64,000 nucleotides of DNA from a virus (Duplodnaviria > Caudoviricetes), in IMG/VR virus record IMGVR_UViG_3300028797_000005, positions 32,001 to 96,000 of that record. One strand, 5' to 3'. Shown one piece after another: positions 24,888 to 33,971 of the stretch (its first letter is position 1; each line of letters starts with the position of its first letter). Under the pieces are notes generated by a model. It was not told where the DNA came from, made no database searches, and was given only the letters and a program-made list of their open reading frames with translations. Made by a program: the position numbers and the translations under genes.

Positions 24888-26688
24888 AAATGTAATAGAT
24901 GAATATTTTGAAGGGTACGCTGCTGCTGTCGCTCAATCGCGTGCTCTTATTTCCGTGGAAGATGGTCTTAAGCCATCTATGCGCATGGCTCTATATGCTA
25001 ACTATACTGATAAATTTGTTGAACCTAAGAAAACAGCTAAGTTTATCAAACTCGTAGGTTCTGCGGCTCGCTTTTGCTGGCATGGTGATGCTTCAACTTT
25101 TGGTATGCTTATTCGTGCCGCCAAGCCTTTTGCTATGCGTTATCCGCTCTATGACACCCAGGGCAGCTATGGTACTCTTATGTCACCAGATTCTCACGCT
25201 GCACCTCGTTATGTTGAAGGCAGGCTTAATAGCCTAGCCAAGCAGCTTTTCAAAGGCATCCAAAAAGATGTAGTATCGGAGTGGCGTGATAATTATGACA
25301 ACACGGAACAGTATCCTGGCCTTTTACCGAGTTTTGGCTTTTGGAATCTTTGTAACGGTACTCAGGGTATCGGCACGGGCGTATCTAGCAGTATCCCACA
25401 ATTCAACCTCAGAGAAATGAATGAGGCGCTTGCCCATCGTATTTTGGGTGAAGCATATGAAATTCCTCTTCCAGATTTTGCAACTGGTGGAATCCTTTTA
25501 AACACAAAAGAAGTCAAGGAATCTCTACTTAATGGAACTGGTGCTGCTTGTAAACTTCGTGCAAAAATTATTTATGACCCAAAAGGCAATCTCTTTAAGG
25601 TAACTGAACTTCCTTACGCAACATATACAAATACGATTTGTAATGAGCTGGAAGAATTGCGACAAGATGAAAGTAGTGGAATTGATTATTTCAATGATGC
25701 TACTGGTGAAAAGGTAGACCTTGAGATTTATCTTACTAAAGATGCTAACCCAAACCAAGTATTGTCCTTGCTTTATAAAAAAACTTCTCTTCAAAATAGT
25801 TATCCTATTAATATGACTATGTTGGAGAATTGCCGCCGGCCAAGACTTTATACAATCCATGAAGCTATGGAATGTTATTGTAATCATCAGATTAAAATGT
25901 ATCGGCGCGGCTATGAATATGATTTAAATGACGCATTAGCGCAGAAGCATATTCTTGAAGGTTATATTATTGCTTGTAATGATATTGAAAATGTAGTCCA
26001 GATTATTAAGAATAGTAGAACGAAAGAAATTGCAAAACAAAATCTTTTATCACATTATCCACTTGATGCTAAACAAGTAGATGCCATTCTTAAGTTAACC
26101 CTTAGTAGACTGGCCGCATTTGAAATTGATAAATTCGTACATCAAATTGAAGATTTAGAAGCATTAATTGTTGAGTTAGAAAAACTTTTAGCCGACGAAA
26201 GTAAAATTAGACGAATCATAGCCGACGATCTTCGCGCAACTGCAATCGGCTTTGGTGACGCACGTCGGACTGAATTATTAAATGTAACAGAGGAACAAAT
26301 GGAAAAATTAATGTACTTTACTGAGAGCGGTAAGCTGTGTTTAACTCCTCCTAAAAATGAGCCAATTTTGACTACGCTTACTTATGGTATTCCTTACTTC
26401 TGTGTTACTCAAAGCGGTATTGTATATCGTAGCTCTGAAATCCCAAAACGCGCGAAGCAAATTTTTAAATTTGAAAATGACAAGATATTAGGTATTTTCC
26501 CTGATGCACCAGAAAAATTCCTTGTCTTTATTGACCAAGAAGGACATTTCAGATGCAAAGAGATGTCTACTCTTAATAAAATAAAGACACAACTTACCTT
26601 GTCTAATTTAAAATTTGTCGGAGTAACTTCAGAGCGTGCGACGAAACAAAACTATAAACAATTAATTTCTGAAGAAATCAAAAGTTGA
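24859..26688 (+). CDS. gyrA: Type IIA topoisomerase subunit A (GyrA/ParC-like), short CTD
   Basis: DGLKP, HGD, AAPRY (catalytic Tyr), NG..GIG.G.SS.IP.FN, PDFATGG. Start may be 24877. Confidence 0.93.
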   Translation: MIGTEQMTTKNVIDEYFEGYAAAVAQSRALISVEDGLKPSMRMALYANYTDKFVEPKKTAKFIKLVGSAARFCWHGDASTFGMLIRAAKPFAMRYPLYDTQGSYGTLMSPDSHAAPRYVEGRLNSLAKQLFKGIQKDVVSEWRDNYDNTEQYPGLLPSFGFWNLCNGTQGIGTGVSSSIPQFNLREMNEALAHRILGEAYEIPLPDFATGGILLNTKEVKESLLNGTGAACKLRAKIIYDPKGNLFKVTELPYATYTNTICNELEELRQDESSGIDYFNDATGEKVDLEIYLTKDANPNQVLSLLYKKTSLQNSYPINMTMLENCRRPRLYTIHEAMECYCNHQIKMYRRGYEYDLNDALAQKHILEGYIIACNDIENVVQIIKNSRTKEIAKQNLLSHYPLDAKQVDAILKLTLSRLAAFEIDKFVHQIEDLEALIVELEKLLADESKIRRIIADDLRATAIGFGDARRTELLNVTEEQMEKLMYFTESGKLCLTPPKNEPILTTLTYGIPYFCVTQSGIVYRSSEIPKRAKQIFKFENDKILGIFPDAPEKFLVFIDQEGHFRCKEMSTLNKIKTQLTLSNLKFVGVTSERATKQNYKQLISEEIKS

Positions 26689-26713
26689 AAATAAATAAAA
26701 ATTATTATATAAT
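26685..26713 (+). promoter_or_regulatory. SigmaA promoter
   Basis: TTGAAA-N17-TATAAT. Confidence 0.75.
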
Positions 26714-26777
26714 ATTTATATCAAAGGAAATGAAAGTTTCCTAAAATTAGTATACTTAAAAATAAGGAGAATTTGTA

Positions 26778-27077
26778 ATGGCGAAATTAACTGAAAAGAC
26801 CAGAGCTGTGTTCGAATATGTACGTGACTTTGATGGTGGTAACGGTGTTACTTTTGAAGACATCGCTGCAGCAACCGGACTTGGCACTAAATCTATCGGC
26901 CCCATCGTTTGGATGAGCCTCAACACCAAGAAAGATAAGCAGGGTAATATCCTCCGTGAAGCCCTCGTATCTTATGAAAAGAGAACCATTAAGGGAGAAG
27001 ATAAACCCGTTGGTTATGTTCACATTACTGAAGCAGGAAAAGTTTACGAAGACCCAGAAGAAGAAGTAGCAGAGTAA
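26778..27077 (+). CDS. Winged-helix DNA-binding protein
   Basis: TFEDIAAATGLGTKSI HTH and C-terminal ITEAG wing. Confidence 0.7.
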   Translation: MAKLTEKTRAVFEYVRDFDGGNGVTFEDIAAATGLGTKSIGPIVWMSLNTKKDKQGNILREALVSYEKRTIKGEDKPVGYVHITEAGKVYEDPEEEVAE

Positions 27078-27102
27078 GAATTTAAAAGAAGGAGAAAATA
27101 TA

Positions 27103-27996
27103 ATGGCTAATATGATGAATAATGGTATTATTGAAGGCGTTCTCGCTGAGATTGATCTTCAAGAAAGAGTTTGGAACGGAAGCGACGTAATTAGTGGTAA
27201 AGTTGTTGTCAGAGTTAAAGCACCTATCGTTAAGGGTGGCCCTGTTGTAGAATGTGATACTCCGGTGCAGTTCTTCACAAAGAAACTCACCAATAGTGGT
27301 AATCCCAACCCATCTTATAATGATGTTTCTACTATTCTCCACGAAGGAAAGTCCATCGCGACGGTTGGAGAAGCTGATGCAGATGGAGTAAGGCTTACTG
27401 GTATCCGCGTCACCATGAACGATTATTATGGTAGAGATGGTCGTTATATTTCCTTCCCAAGAATTAACGGTTCCTTTATCCGTGTAGTTCCGAAGAGTCA
27501 GCTTAATCCTGTGGCAAAAGTTGACCTTGACCTTATCATTCGTGATATGAAGCATGAAGTGGACAAGGACGGAATCGAAACTGGTAGATTCTTCATTAAT
27601 GGTATCAATATTGGTTTCAATGATTATACTGATATCATTCCAATTGTGACAGAAAATCCTGAGTATATCGCCTCTATTGGTGCTGTTTATCAGCCGGGCG
27701 ATGCAATCACCGCATCTGTAAGACTCAACTTCACCCAGAAAACTACTACCACTTATCAGGAAGTAGAAATTGGTGAACCGATTGAGAGAACTCGTACCGT
27801 TACTGTCAGCGACCTCGTAATTGCGGCTATTAGTCGTAACGACAGAATCGTTGAAATGTATAGCAGCGAGCAGGTTAAGGCTTGCCTCGAGAAGCGCAAT
27901 CAGCGCATTGAGGGCAAGAAAATGGCCTCTCAGCAGTCTGCTAACGCCGAGAGAACTCAGAACGTTGCGCAGAGCAGAATTGACCTCGGATTTTAA
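27103..27996 (+). CDS. Putative single-stranded DNA-binding protein (tandem OB-fold type)
   Basis: Beta-rich, IEGVL.E start, C-terminal DLGF tail, upstream of a Sak4-like ATPase. Confidence 0.6.
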   Translation: MANMMNNGIIEGVLAEIDLQERVWNGSDVISGKVVVRVKAPIVKGGPVVECDTPVQFFTKKLTNSGNPNPSYNDVSTILHEGKSIATVGEADADGVRLTGIRVTMNDYYGRDGRYISFPRINGSFIRVVPKSQLNPVAKVDLDLIIRDMKHEVDKDGIETGRFFINGINIGFNDYTDIIPIVTENPEYIASIGAVYQPGDAITASVRLNFTQKTTTTYQEVEIGEPIERTRTVTVSDLVIAAISRNDRIVEMYSSEQVKACLEKRNQRIEGKKMASQQSANAERTQNVAQSRIDLGF

Positions 27997-28014
27997 TATA
28001 GGTGGTGAGGTTGT

Positions 28015-28989
28015 ATGGCAATTTTAAATCTTCTTGACCTACAGCCTACCACTATTTCAAGGGATTTAAAAGATAAGTATTTGCTGTTATATGGACCAGC
28101 AAAATGCGGTAAAACTTCATTCGCAGCGCAGATTCCAGATAATCTTATCTTTTCCTTTGAAAAGGGTACAAATTTCTTAGGCGGCATTTATGCTGTGCCG
28201 ATTGAGAAATGGTCAACCTTTAAGTTAATGTTAAAGCAGCTCAGTAAGCCAGAAGTGCAGAAGAAATTTAAGACTGTCACAATAGATACACTGTCTATTG
28301 CGTGGTCTCTCTGTGAACAGTACATTTGCGATACCGCTAATGTAAGTTCAATCTCCGATATTCCTTGGGGCAGAGGCTATGCACTTCTGAAAGATGAATT
28401 TTCAGATGCTCTTCGTCAAATCTCTATGATGGGTTATGGTATTATTCTAATCACTCATGCTAAGGTTAAATCAACCAAGATTGATGAAGATACTACTATT
28501 GACACTATGGCGCCTAATATTCCGGAAAGGGCGCAGGATGTTGTCAATGCTCTTGTAGATATTATCGGCTGCATCAAAGTAACTCCCCATGCGGACGGTA
28601 CATCTGATAGAACTCTTATTACTCGCTCTACGCCTTATATCGTAGCTGGATCAAGACTTCGCTATTTGCCGAGTGAAATTCCCTTCGGTTATAAGGAATT
28701 AGTAGAAGCCATGAACGAAGCTATTAATCGACAAGAAGCTGATGGCGATGTAGTTGTTGATCGTACAGAAAAACAACAAATCGTTTCGCAGCGTACATAT
28801 GACGAAGCTCTCGCAGAAGCCCGCGGTATTTGGGAAAGTCTTTTAAACAGGCCTAACCCAGAAGAGGCCGTTGAGAAAGCAAGTAAAATTATTGAAAAAA
28901 TAATGAAAAGACCTTGCCGCATCTCAGAAATTAAGCCTGAACAGCTTGACCTGCTAGAACTAGTTATCGACGAACTTCATACGCTTTAA
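28015..28989 (+). CDS. AAA_24/Sak4-like ATPase (ssDNA annealing/recombination)
   Basis: YGPAKCGKT, FEKG, TIDT, WGRGY, ITHAK, AGSR. Confidence 0.85.
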   Translation: MAILNLLDLQPTTISRDLKDKYLLLYGPAKCGKTSFAAQIPDNLIFSFEKGTNFLGGIYAVPIEKWSTFKLMLKQLSKPEVQKKFKTVTIDTLSIAWSLCEQYICDTANVSSISDIPWGRGYALLKDEFSDALRQISMMGYGIILITHAKVKSTKIDEDTTIDTMAPNIPERAQDVVNALVDIIGCIKVTPHADGTSDRTLITRSTPYIVAGSRLRYLPSEIPFGYKELVEAMNEAINRQEADGDVVVDRTEKQQIVSQRTYDEALAEARGIWESLLNRPNPEEAVEKASKIIEKIMKRPCRISEIKPEQLDLLELVIDELHTL

Positions 28990-28993
28990 CAGG

Positions 28994-29025
28994 ATTGCGA
29001 GGTGTGATATTGCACCTCGCAATTT
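28994..29025 (+). terminator. Stem-loop terminator overlapping the next promoter
   Basis: ttgcgaggtg-tgatattg-cacctcgcaa then ttt. Confidence 0.7.
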
Positions 29026-29052
29026 GCATTTTTAGGAAATTTTTGGTATACT
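29024..29052 (+). promoter_or_regulatory. SigmaA promoter
   Basis: TTGCAT-N17-TATACT. Confidence 0.8.
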
Positions 29053-29072
29053 ATATTTAGAGAGGTATACCA

Positions 29073-29588
29073 ATGAGACAAAATGTTCATTGTAGAATTT
29101 GTAAGAAAGAGATTAATAGAGATTTAGAGAAGGAAGGAGTCGACTGGATAATGCGTTCTGAAGGATGGTATTATCATAAATCATGTTGGGAGACATATGC
29201 TAAGCAGAGTATTCCCAAGACAGATGAAGAATGGTTCGACCTTCTTTTTTATATCATCACTAATGATCTCCATAGTTCATATAATTACTTCCAGATAAAG
29301 AGCCAATGTGAGAAGATGAAGGCAGAGGGCAAGACAATGAAAGGCATCTACTTCACGACATATTGGTATTTTGTGTTACAGAAAAAAGAGTATAAACCAG
29401 AGTATGGCTTAGGTATCATTCCTTATGTGTACGACCAATCAATTGAGTATTGGGCAGAGCGTGAAAAGAAAGAAAAAGGTATCTTAGCCGAAATCACAAG
29501 ATTAAAAAGAATCGAAGCAGGAGAAGGGCGCAATGTAGCTGCGCGCAGAACAAACCGAAAGAAAGTTACAGCTGAACCAGTTATATAG
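29073..29588 (+). CDS. Zn-binding protein upstream of the helicase (possible loader)
   Basis: CRIC...YYH..C, GIIPYVYD; gene context. Confidence 0.55.
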   Translation: MRQNVHCRICKKEINRDLEKEGVDWIMRSEGWYYHKSCWETYAKQSIPKTDEEWFDLLFYIITNDLHSSYNYFQIKSQCEKMKAEGKTMKGIYFTTYWYFVLQKKEYKPEYGLGIIPYVYDQSIEYWAEREKKEKGILAEITRLKRIEAGEGRNVAARRTNRKKVTAEPVI

Positions 29589-29601
29589 AAAGGAGTCGGC
29601 A

Positions 29602-31161
29602 TTGGCACAACAGAATACTGAACAGTTGCTGATAGGTAGCTTAATGCACGAGCCGAAATTATTATTGCAGACGGATCGGTATCAGATTACATCTGCTGAT
29701 TTTGAGAACCCTGTATACAAATATATCTTTTGGGCAATAGAGAATCTAGCACCTGGGGCAACTAAAGAATTAACTCCATATGAAATTGAGAAATGGATGT
29801 TTAATAGTCCATCTGCGAAAGCAATATATGAATCAAGGAATGGACGTCAAGCATTAGTTGATTGTGAAGCTGTTCCAGTTGGTTCATTTGATGGTCTTTA
29901 TTCATCATTTAAAAAAGAAAACTTGATACATGATTTATCGAGTAAAATGAAAATTGATACAAGTGATCTCTATGTAGAAACACCTGTAACAGAATATGAG
30001 AAAAAAGTTGATGAAGTATTTGCGAACTCAACAACTCAAGACATAATTGATAGAATTGATAAAGAATTTGTCCAGTTAAAGAGTAAGTATATTCTAAATG
30101 ATACAAGTGAAAGTCAGACATTGTATGAAGGAATGGAAGATATGTTGGCCGACCTTGAAGTTAATCCAGAAATTGGACTGCCGCTTCAGGGTAAGATATT
30201 TAATCATGCAGTAAGCGGCGCAATTAAAGGTCGTTTTTATCTTCGTTCTGGTCAAAGCGGTCTTGGTAAAACTCGTTCATTAATGGCAGATGCGTGTGAA
30301 TTGGCATTTCCTGTGTGTTTTTCATGGGATCAAATGAAATGGGTACAAAGTGGCTGCTGTGAAAAAGTAATGATTATCATTACAGAGCAGAACTTTGATG
30401 AAGTTAGGAAGATGGCAATAGCTTATCTTACTGGAATTAATGAATCCAAGATTAAGCGTGGACTTTGTAATGCACAGGAAAAGGCAGTCATAAGTCAAGC
30501 ACTGTCAGTATTTAAGTATTATGAAGATAACTTTAGAGTAATCAGAGTACCTAGTCCAAGTATCTCACTTATTAAGCAATTAGTAAGAGAACAGGTCATG
30601 ATGTATGATATTGGATATGTGTTCTACGATTACATTTTTGTGTGTCCGTCATTATTATCTGAGTTTAAAGGAGTAAACTTGAGAAACGATGAAATTTTAT
30701 TAATGTTCTCAGATGCGCTCAAACAATTAGCTGTCGAACTTGATGTGTTCGTAATGTCAAGTACACAAGTTAATGCAAATGCAGATAATAATAAAGATAT
30801 TAGAAATGAAGCATCAATTGCAGGCAGCCGCGCAGTAATCAATAAAGCTGACATGGGCTGTATTATGGCGCGACCTACAAAAGATGAATTAGAGGTTATC
30901 GGTAGAGTAAATGATAGCGGTTGGACGCCGAATATTGTAACAGACATCTATAAGCTACGAGGTGGAGAAAACACGCAGATAAGAATTTGGTCTATCATGG
31001 ATTTAGGCACCTTGAGGAAATGTGATTTATTTGTAACAGATTCAAGATTAAATATAGTAGATATTGGTTATGAGAAAATTGAATATACATTATTAGAAGA
31101 AGATTATGATAAGTTAATGAAAATCTTGGGTGAACTAAACGAAGGAGTGATGATTGAATGA
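29602..31161 (+). CDS. dnaB: Replicative DNA helicase (DnaB-like)
   Basis: GQSGLGKT, TEQ, FYDYI, LKQLAVEL, STQ, IAGSRA..NKAD, YKLR. TTG start with RBS AAAGGAG. Confidence 0.88.
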   Translation: MAQQNTEQLLIGSLMHEPKLLLQTDRYQITSADFENPVYKYIFWAIENLAPGATKELTPYEIEKWMFNSPSAKAIYESRNGRQALVDCEAVPVGSFDGLYSSFKKENLIHDLSSKMKIDTSDLYVETPVTEYEKKVDEVFANSTTQDIIDRIDKEFVQLKSKYILNDTSESQTLYEGMEDMLADLEVNPEIGLPLQGKIFNHAVSGAIKGRFYLRSGQSGLGKTRSLMADACELAFPVCFSWDQMKWVQSGCCEKVMIIITEQNFDEVRKMAIAYLTGINESKIKRGLCNAQEKAVISQALSVFKYYEDNFRVIRVPSPSISLIKQLVREQVMMYDIGYVFYDYIFVCPSLLSEFKGVNLRNDEILLMFSDALKQLAVELDVFVMSSTQVNANADNNKDIRNEASIAGSRAVINKADMGCIMARPTKDELEVIGRVNDSGWTPNIVTDIYKLRGGENTQIRIWSIMDLGTLRKCDLFVTDSRLNIVDIGYEKIEYTLLEEDYDKLMKILGELNEGVMIE

Positions 31162-32201
31162 TAGATGCCAAGAAACTAAAAGAATCATTAACTCCGGAAA
31201 TGATAATCAACTTAATGCGGCTCCTGGGAGCTACACAGTATGAAGATAAAGGTGAATATATTATGTTCCCGACTATCTGTCATAATGTACATGAAGAAGA
31301 TGCTGGCTTCAACTTAAGCTATTACAAAGATAGTCACAGATTTTATTGCTTCAGTAACTGTCATGCTATGGATATATTCCAATTAATTGAGAGGCGCTGG
31401 CGGCTTATTGATAGTGACGAAGACCTGCACTTTGAAAATATCCTATACTGGGTAATGAACCATTCCAAGATAGACCTTGACAACTATCAACCGGAAGATT
31501 TCAAAAGCCCAATAAATATTAAAGATTATCAGACAAAAACTACTGAAGTCGTGCTTCCAGAAAAAGACCCAACTGTATTAGATGCCTTTTCTAATTATCA
31601 TGCAATAGAATGGCTTAATGATGGCATTTCTGATGAAGCTATGGACAAGTATAACATTAAGTATTCACAACTGCGCAATGCCATAATTATTCCACACTAT
31701 GATATTCATAATAGATTAGTCGGAATTAGACGGCGCGCGTTAGATGAAGAAGAAGCTAAGAAAGGCAAATATAAGCCTATTTATATAGAGAATGTCAGTT
31801 ATTCTCACCCATTAGGCTATAACTTATATGGTCTTAATAATGTATGGGAAGAGATTAAAAGACAAAGAAGAGTATTCGTAGCTGAAGGTGAGAAGTCAGC
31901 GCTGCAAGCATATACATTATATGGTGATAGGAATGTCGTTGTATCGGTATGCGGCAGCCGGATTAACCGTTGGCAGATACATCTCTTAATGAAATATTGC
32001 CGGCCGAATGAGATAATTATTTCTTTCGACCAGGGTTTGGATTATGACATCATTCACAAGATGTGTCAAAAATATAGTTGTTATTGTCAAATGTCTTATT
32101 TATGCGATGTAAGCGGTAAGTTATTAGGCGAAAAGCAAAGTCCTTTTGATGTGCCGGAAGCATTAGACGAATTAATAGATAAAAGGATTAAGGTCAAATG
32201 A
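31158..32201 (+). CDS. dnaG: DNA primase (Zn finger plus TOPRIM)
   Basis: CHN...FYCFSNC, IIIPHYD...VGIRRR, NLYGL, AEGEKS, ISFD. Confidence 0.85.
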   Translation: MIDAKKLKESLTPEMIINLMRLLGATQYEDKGEYIMFPTICHNVHEEDAGFNLSYYKDSHRFYCFSNCHAMDIFQLIERRWRLIDSDEDLHFENILYWVMNHSKIDLDNYQPEDFKSPINIKDYQTKTTEVVLPEKDPTVLDAFSNYHAIEWLNDGISDEAMDKYNIKYSQLRNAIIIPHYDIHNRLVGIRRRALDEEEAKKGKYKPIYIENVSYSHPLGYNLYGLNNVWEEIKRQRRVFVAEGEKSALQAYTLYGDRNVVVSVCGSRINRWQIHLLMKYCRPNEIIISFDQGLDYDIIHKMCQKYSCYCQMSYLCDVSGKLLGEKQSPFDVPEALDELIDKRIKVK

Positions 32202-33916
32202 ATATTAAATTAAAGTATAATGTAGAAGCTCCATATGATATTAATTTAATTAAGGCTCGCGGCATTAAAGATGTGGAGGCTTTTCTTAATCCAAGTAGAG
32301 ATAACCTTCAATCTCCGTGGGATTTAGATAATATGGAAGATGCCGTCGAAACTGTTAATGTCAATGCTCATTTTAATACTCTGGTTGTAGTTGATAGCGA
32401 TGCTGATGGTTATAATAGCGCCAGTATGCTGATTAGCTATTTGCAAGATTGTTTCCCAACTTGGAGTATTGATTATTTTATTCATAGTAAGAAGCAGCAC
32501 GGATTACAAGACGTAGTATTGCAGACTGATTTAAACAATTATGCTCTTGTGTTGCTCCCAGATGCTGGCAGTAATGATGATGAATATTTTGAGCAGTATC
32601 CTGAAACTAACTTTGTAGTGCTTGACCACCACTTGCGCGAAGGCTATAAACCGATTCCTGAAAATGCAGTTATTGTGAATAACCAAAATTCTGAAAAATA
32701 TTTGAACAAAGCGCTCTGCGGAGCTGGAGTAACTTGGCAATTCTGTCGTGCTTTTGATGATTATTATGGTTTCGATAATGCTTGGAAGTATATTGACCAG
32801 GCGGCCTTTGCAAATATCGGTGATGTGATGGATATTACTACTCCGGAAAATGCTTATATCATTAAAGAAGGCTTGACTAATCTTCATAATCAGTTCCTCA
32901 AATTACTCTGTAATAATGCAGCATATAGTTTAGGGGTTGAGCTTACGCCGATAGGGGTTGCCTTTTATGTAATCCCCATGATAAATGCCATGTGCCGCAC
33001 TGGTAAAATGGACGAAAAGGATAGAATGTTTACAGCCTTTACTTGGCCGGAAACAATGGTGACTTCTCATAAACGTGGCGTTGCGCCTGGTACTAAAGTC
33101 GAAGTCGGCATTGAGAGTGTAAGAGAATGCACCAATGCTAAATCTAGACAGAAGCGTGAGGGCACAAAAATGGCAGAGCTGTGTGATAAGAAGATTATTG
33201 AAGAAGACCTGTTAAGAAACAAGATAATCATTATTGTGCTTGACGAAACCTTTGACGATATTCCATCTGAAATGAACGGCCTCGCCGCCACCCAGCTGTC
33301 GAATAAATATAATCACCCTGTCTATATCTTGCGTGAGAATGAAGATGGAGAACTCAAGGGTTCTGGCCGCGGGCTAGAGACTCTTGATATGCCACCGCTT
33401 AAGGAGTTTGTTGAACAGAGCGGCCTCATTGAGTTCGCACAAGGCCATAACAATGCTCATGGCTTAGGGTTGAGAGCCAAAAATTTGGAAAAATTTATCG
33501 AATGGACTAATGAGCAGCTGAAAGATTTAGATATCGACTCAAAACTTTGGAATGTTGACTTTAAGCTGAAGGGCAATAGTACAGAAGTCAGGGACGTAAT
33601 TTTCGCAACTGAGCATTTGCAGCCATACTTCGGAACAGGTTTCCCAGAGGTTGAAATAGCTGTAACTGATATTGAAGTACCACGCTCTGATATTAAAGTC
33701 ATGGGTAAGCTGGGTGATACAGTTAAGGTAACATATAATGGAATCTCTTATATGTTCTTTAAACGCGATATTGAGGAGGTTAAGAAGTTAATTGAATATC
33801 CTCGTGCTAAATTCACTATCGTTGGCAAACCAAATCTTAATTACTATAATGGACAGGTACTCCCACAGATATTTGTGGACGACTACACCATCGAAGACGC
33901 AAGATATAGTTTTTAA
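32198..33916 (+). CDS. recJ: ssDNA exonuclease RecJ (DHH family)
   Basis: DSDADG, HGL, DHH, LCGAGV, GSGR, GHNNAHG. Confidence 0.92.
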   Translation: MNIKLKYNVEAPYDINLIKARGIKDVEAFLNPSRDNLQSPWDLDNMEDAVETVNVNAHFNTLVVVDSDADGYNSASMLISYLQDCFPTWSIDYFIHSKKQHGLQDVVLQTDLNNYALVLLPDAGSNDDEYFEQYPETNFVVLDHHLREGYKPIPENAVIVNNQNSEKYLNKALCGAGVTWQFCRAFDDYYGFDNAWKYIDQAAFANIGDVMDITTPENAYIIKEGLTNLHNQFLKLLCNNAAYSLGVELTPIGVAFYVIPMINAMCRTGKMDEKDRMFTAFTWPETMVTSHKRGVAPGTKVEVGIESVRECTNAKSRQKREGTKMAELCDKKIIEEDLLRNKIIIIVLDETFDDIPSEMNGLAATQLSNKYNHPVYILRENEDGELKGSGRGLETLDMPPLKEFVEQSGLIEFAQGHNNAHGLGLRAKNLEKFIEWTNEQLKDLDIDSKLWNVDFKLKGNSTEVRDVIFATEHLQPYFGTGFPEVEIAVTDIEVPRSDIKVMGKLGDTVKVTYNGISYMFFKRDIEEVKKLIEYPRAKFTIVGKPNLNYYNGQVLPQIFVDDYTIEDARYSF

Positions 33917-33918
33917 AT

Positions 33919-33947
33919 TTGACAAATGAACAAAATAATGGTATACT
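33919..33947 (+). promoter_or_regulatory. SigmaA promoter
   Basis: TTGACA-N17-TATACT. Confidence 0.85.
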
Positions 33948-33971
33948 AATATAAGAGAAAAGAGGTAAAAG

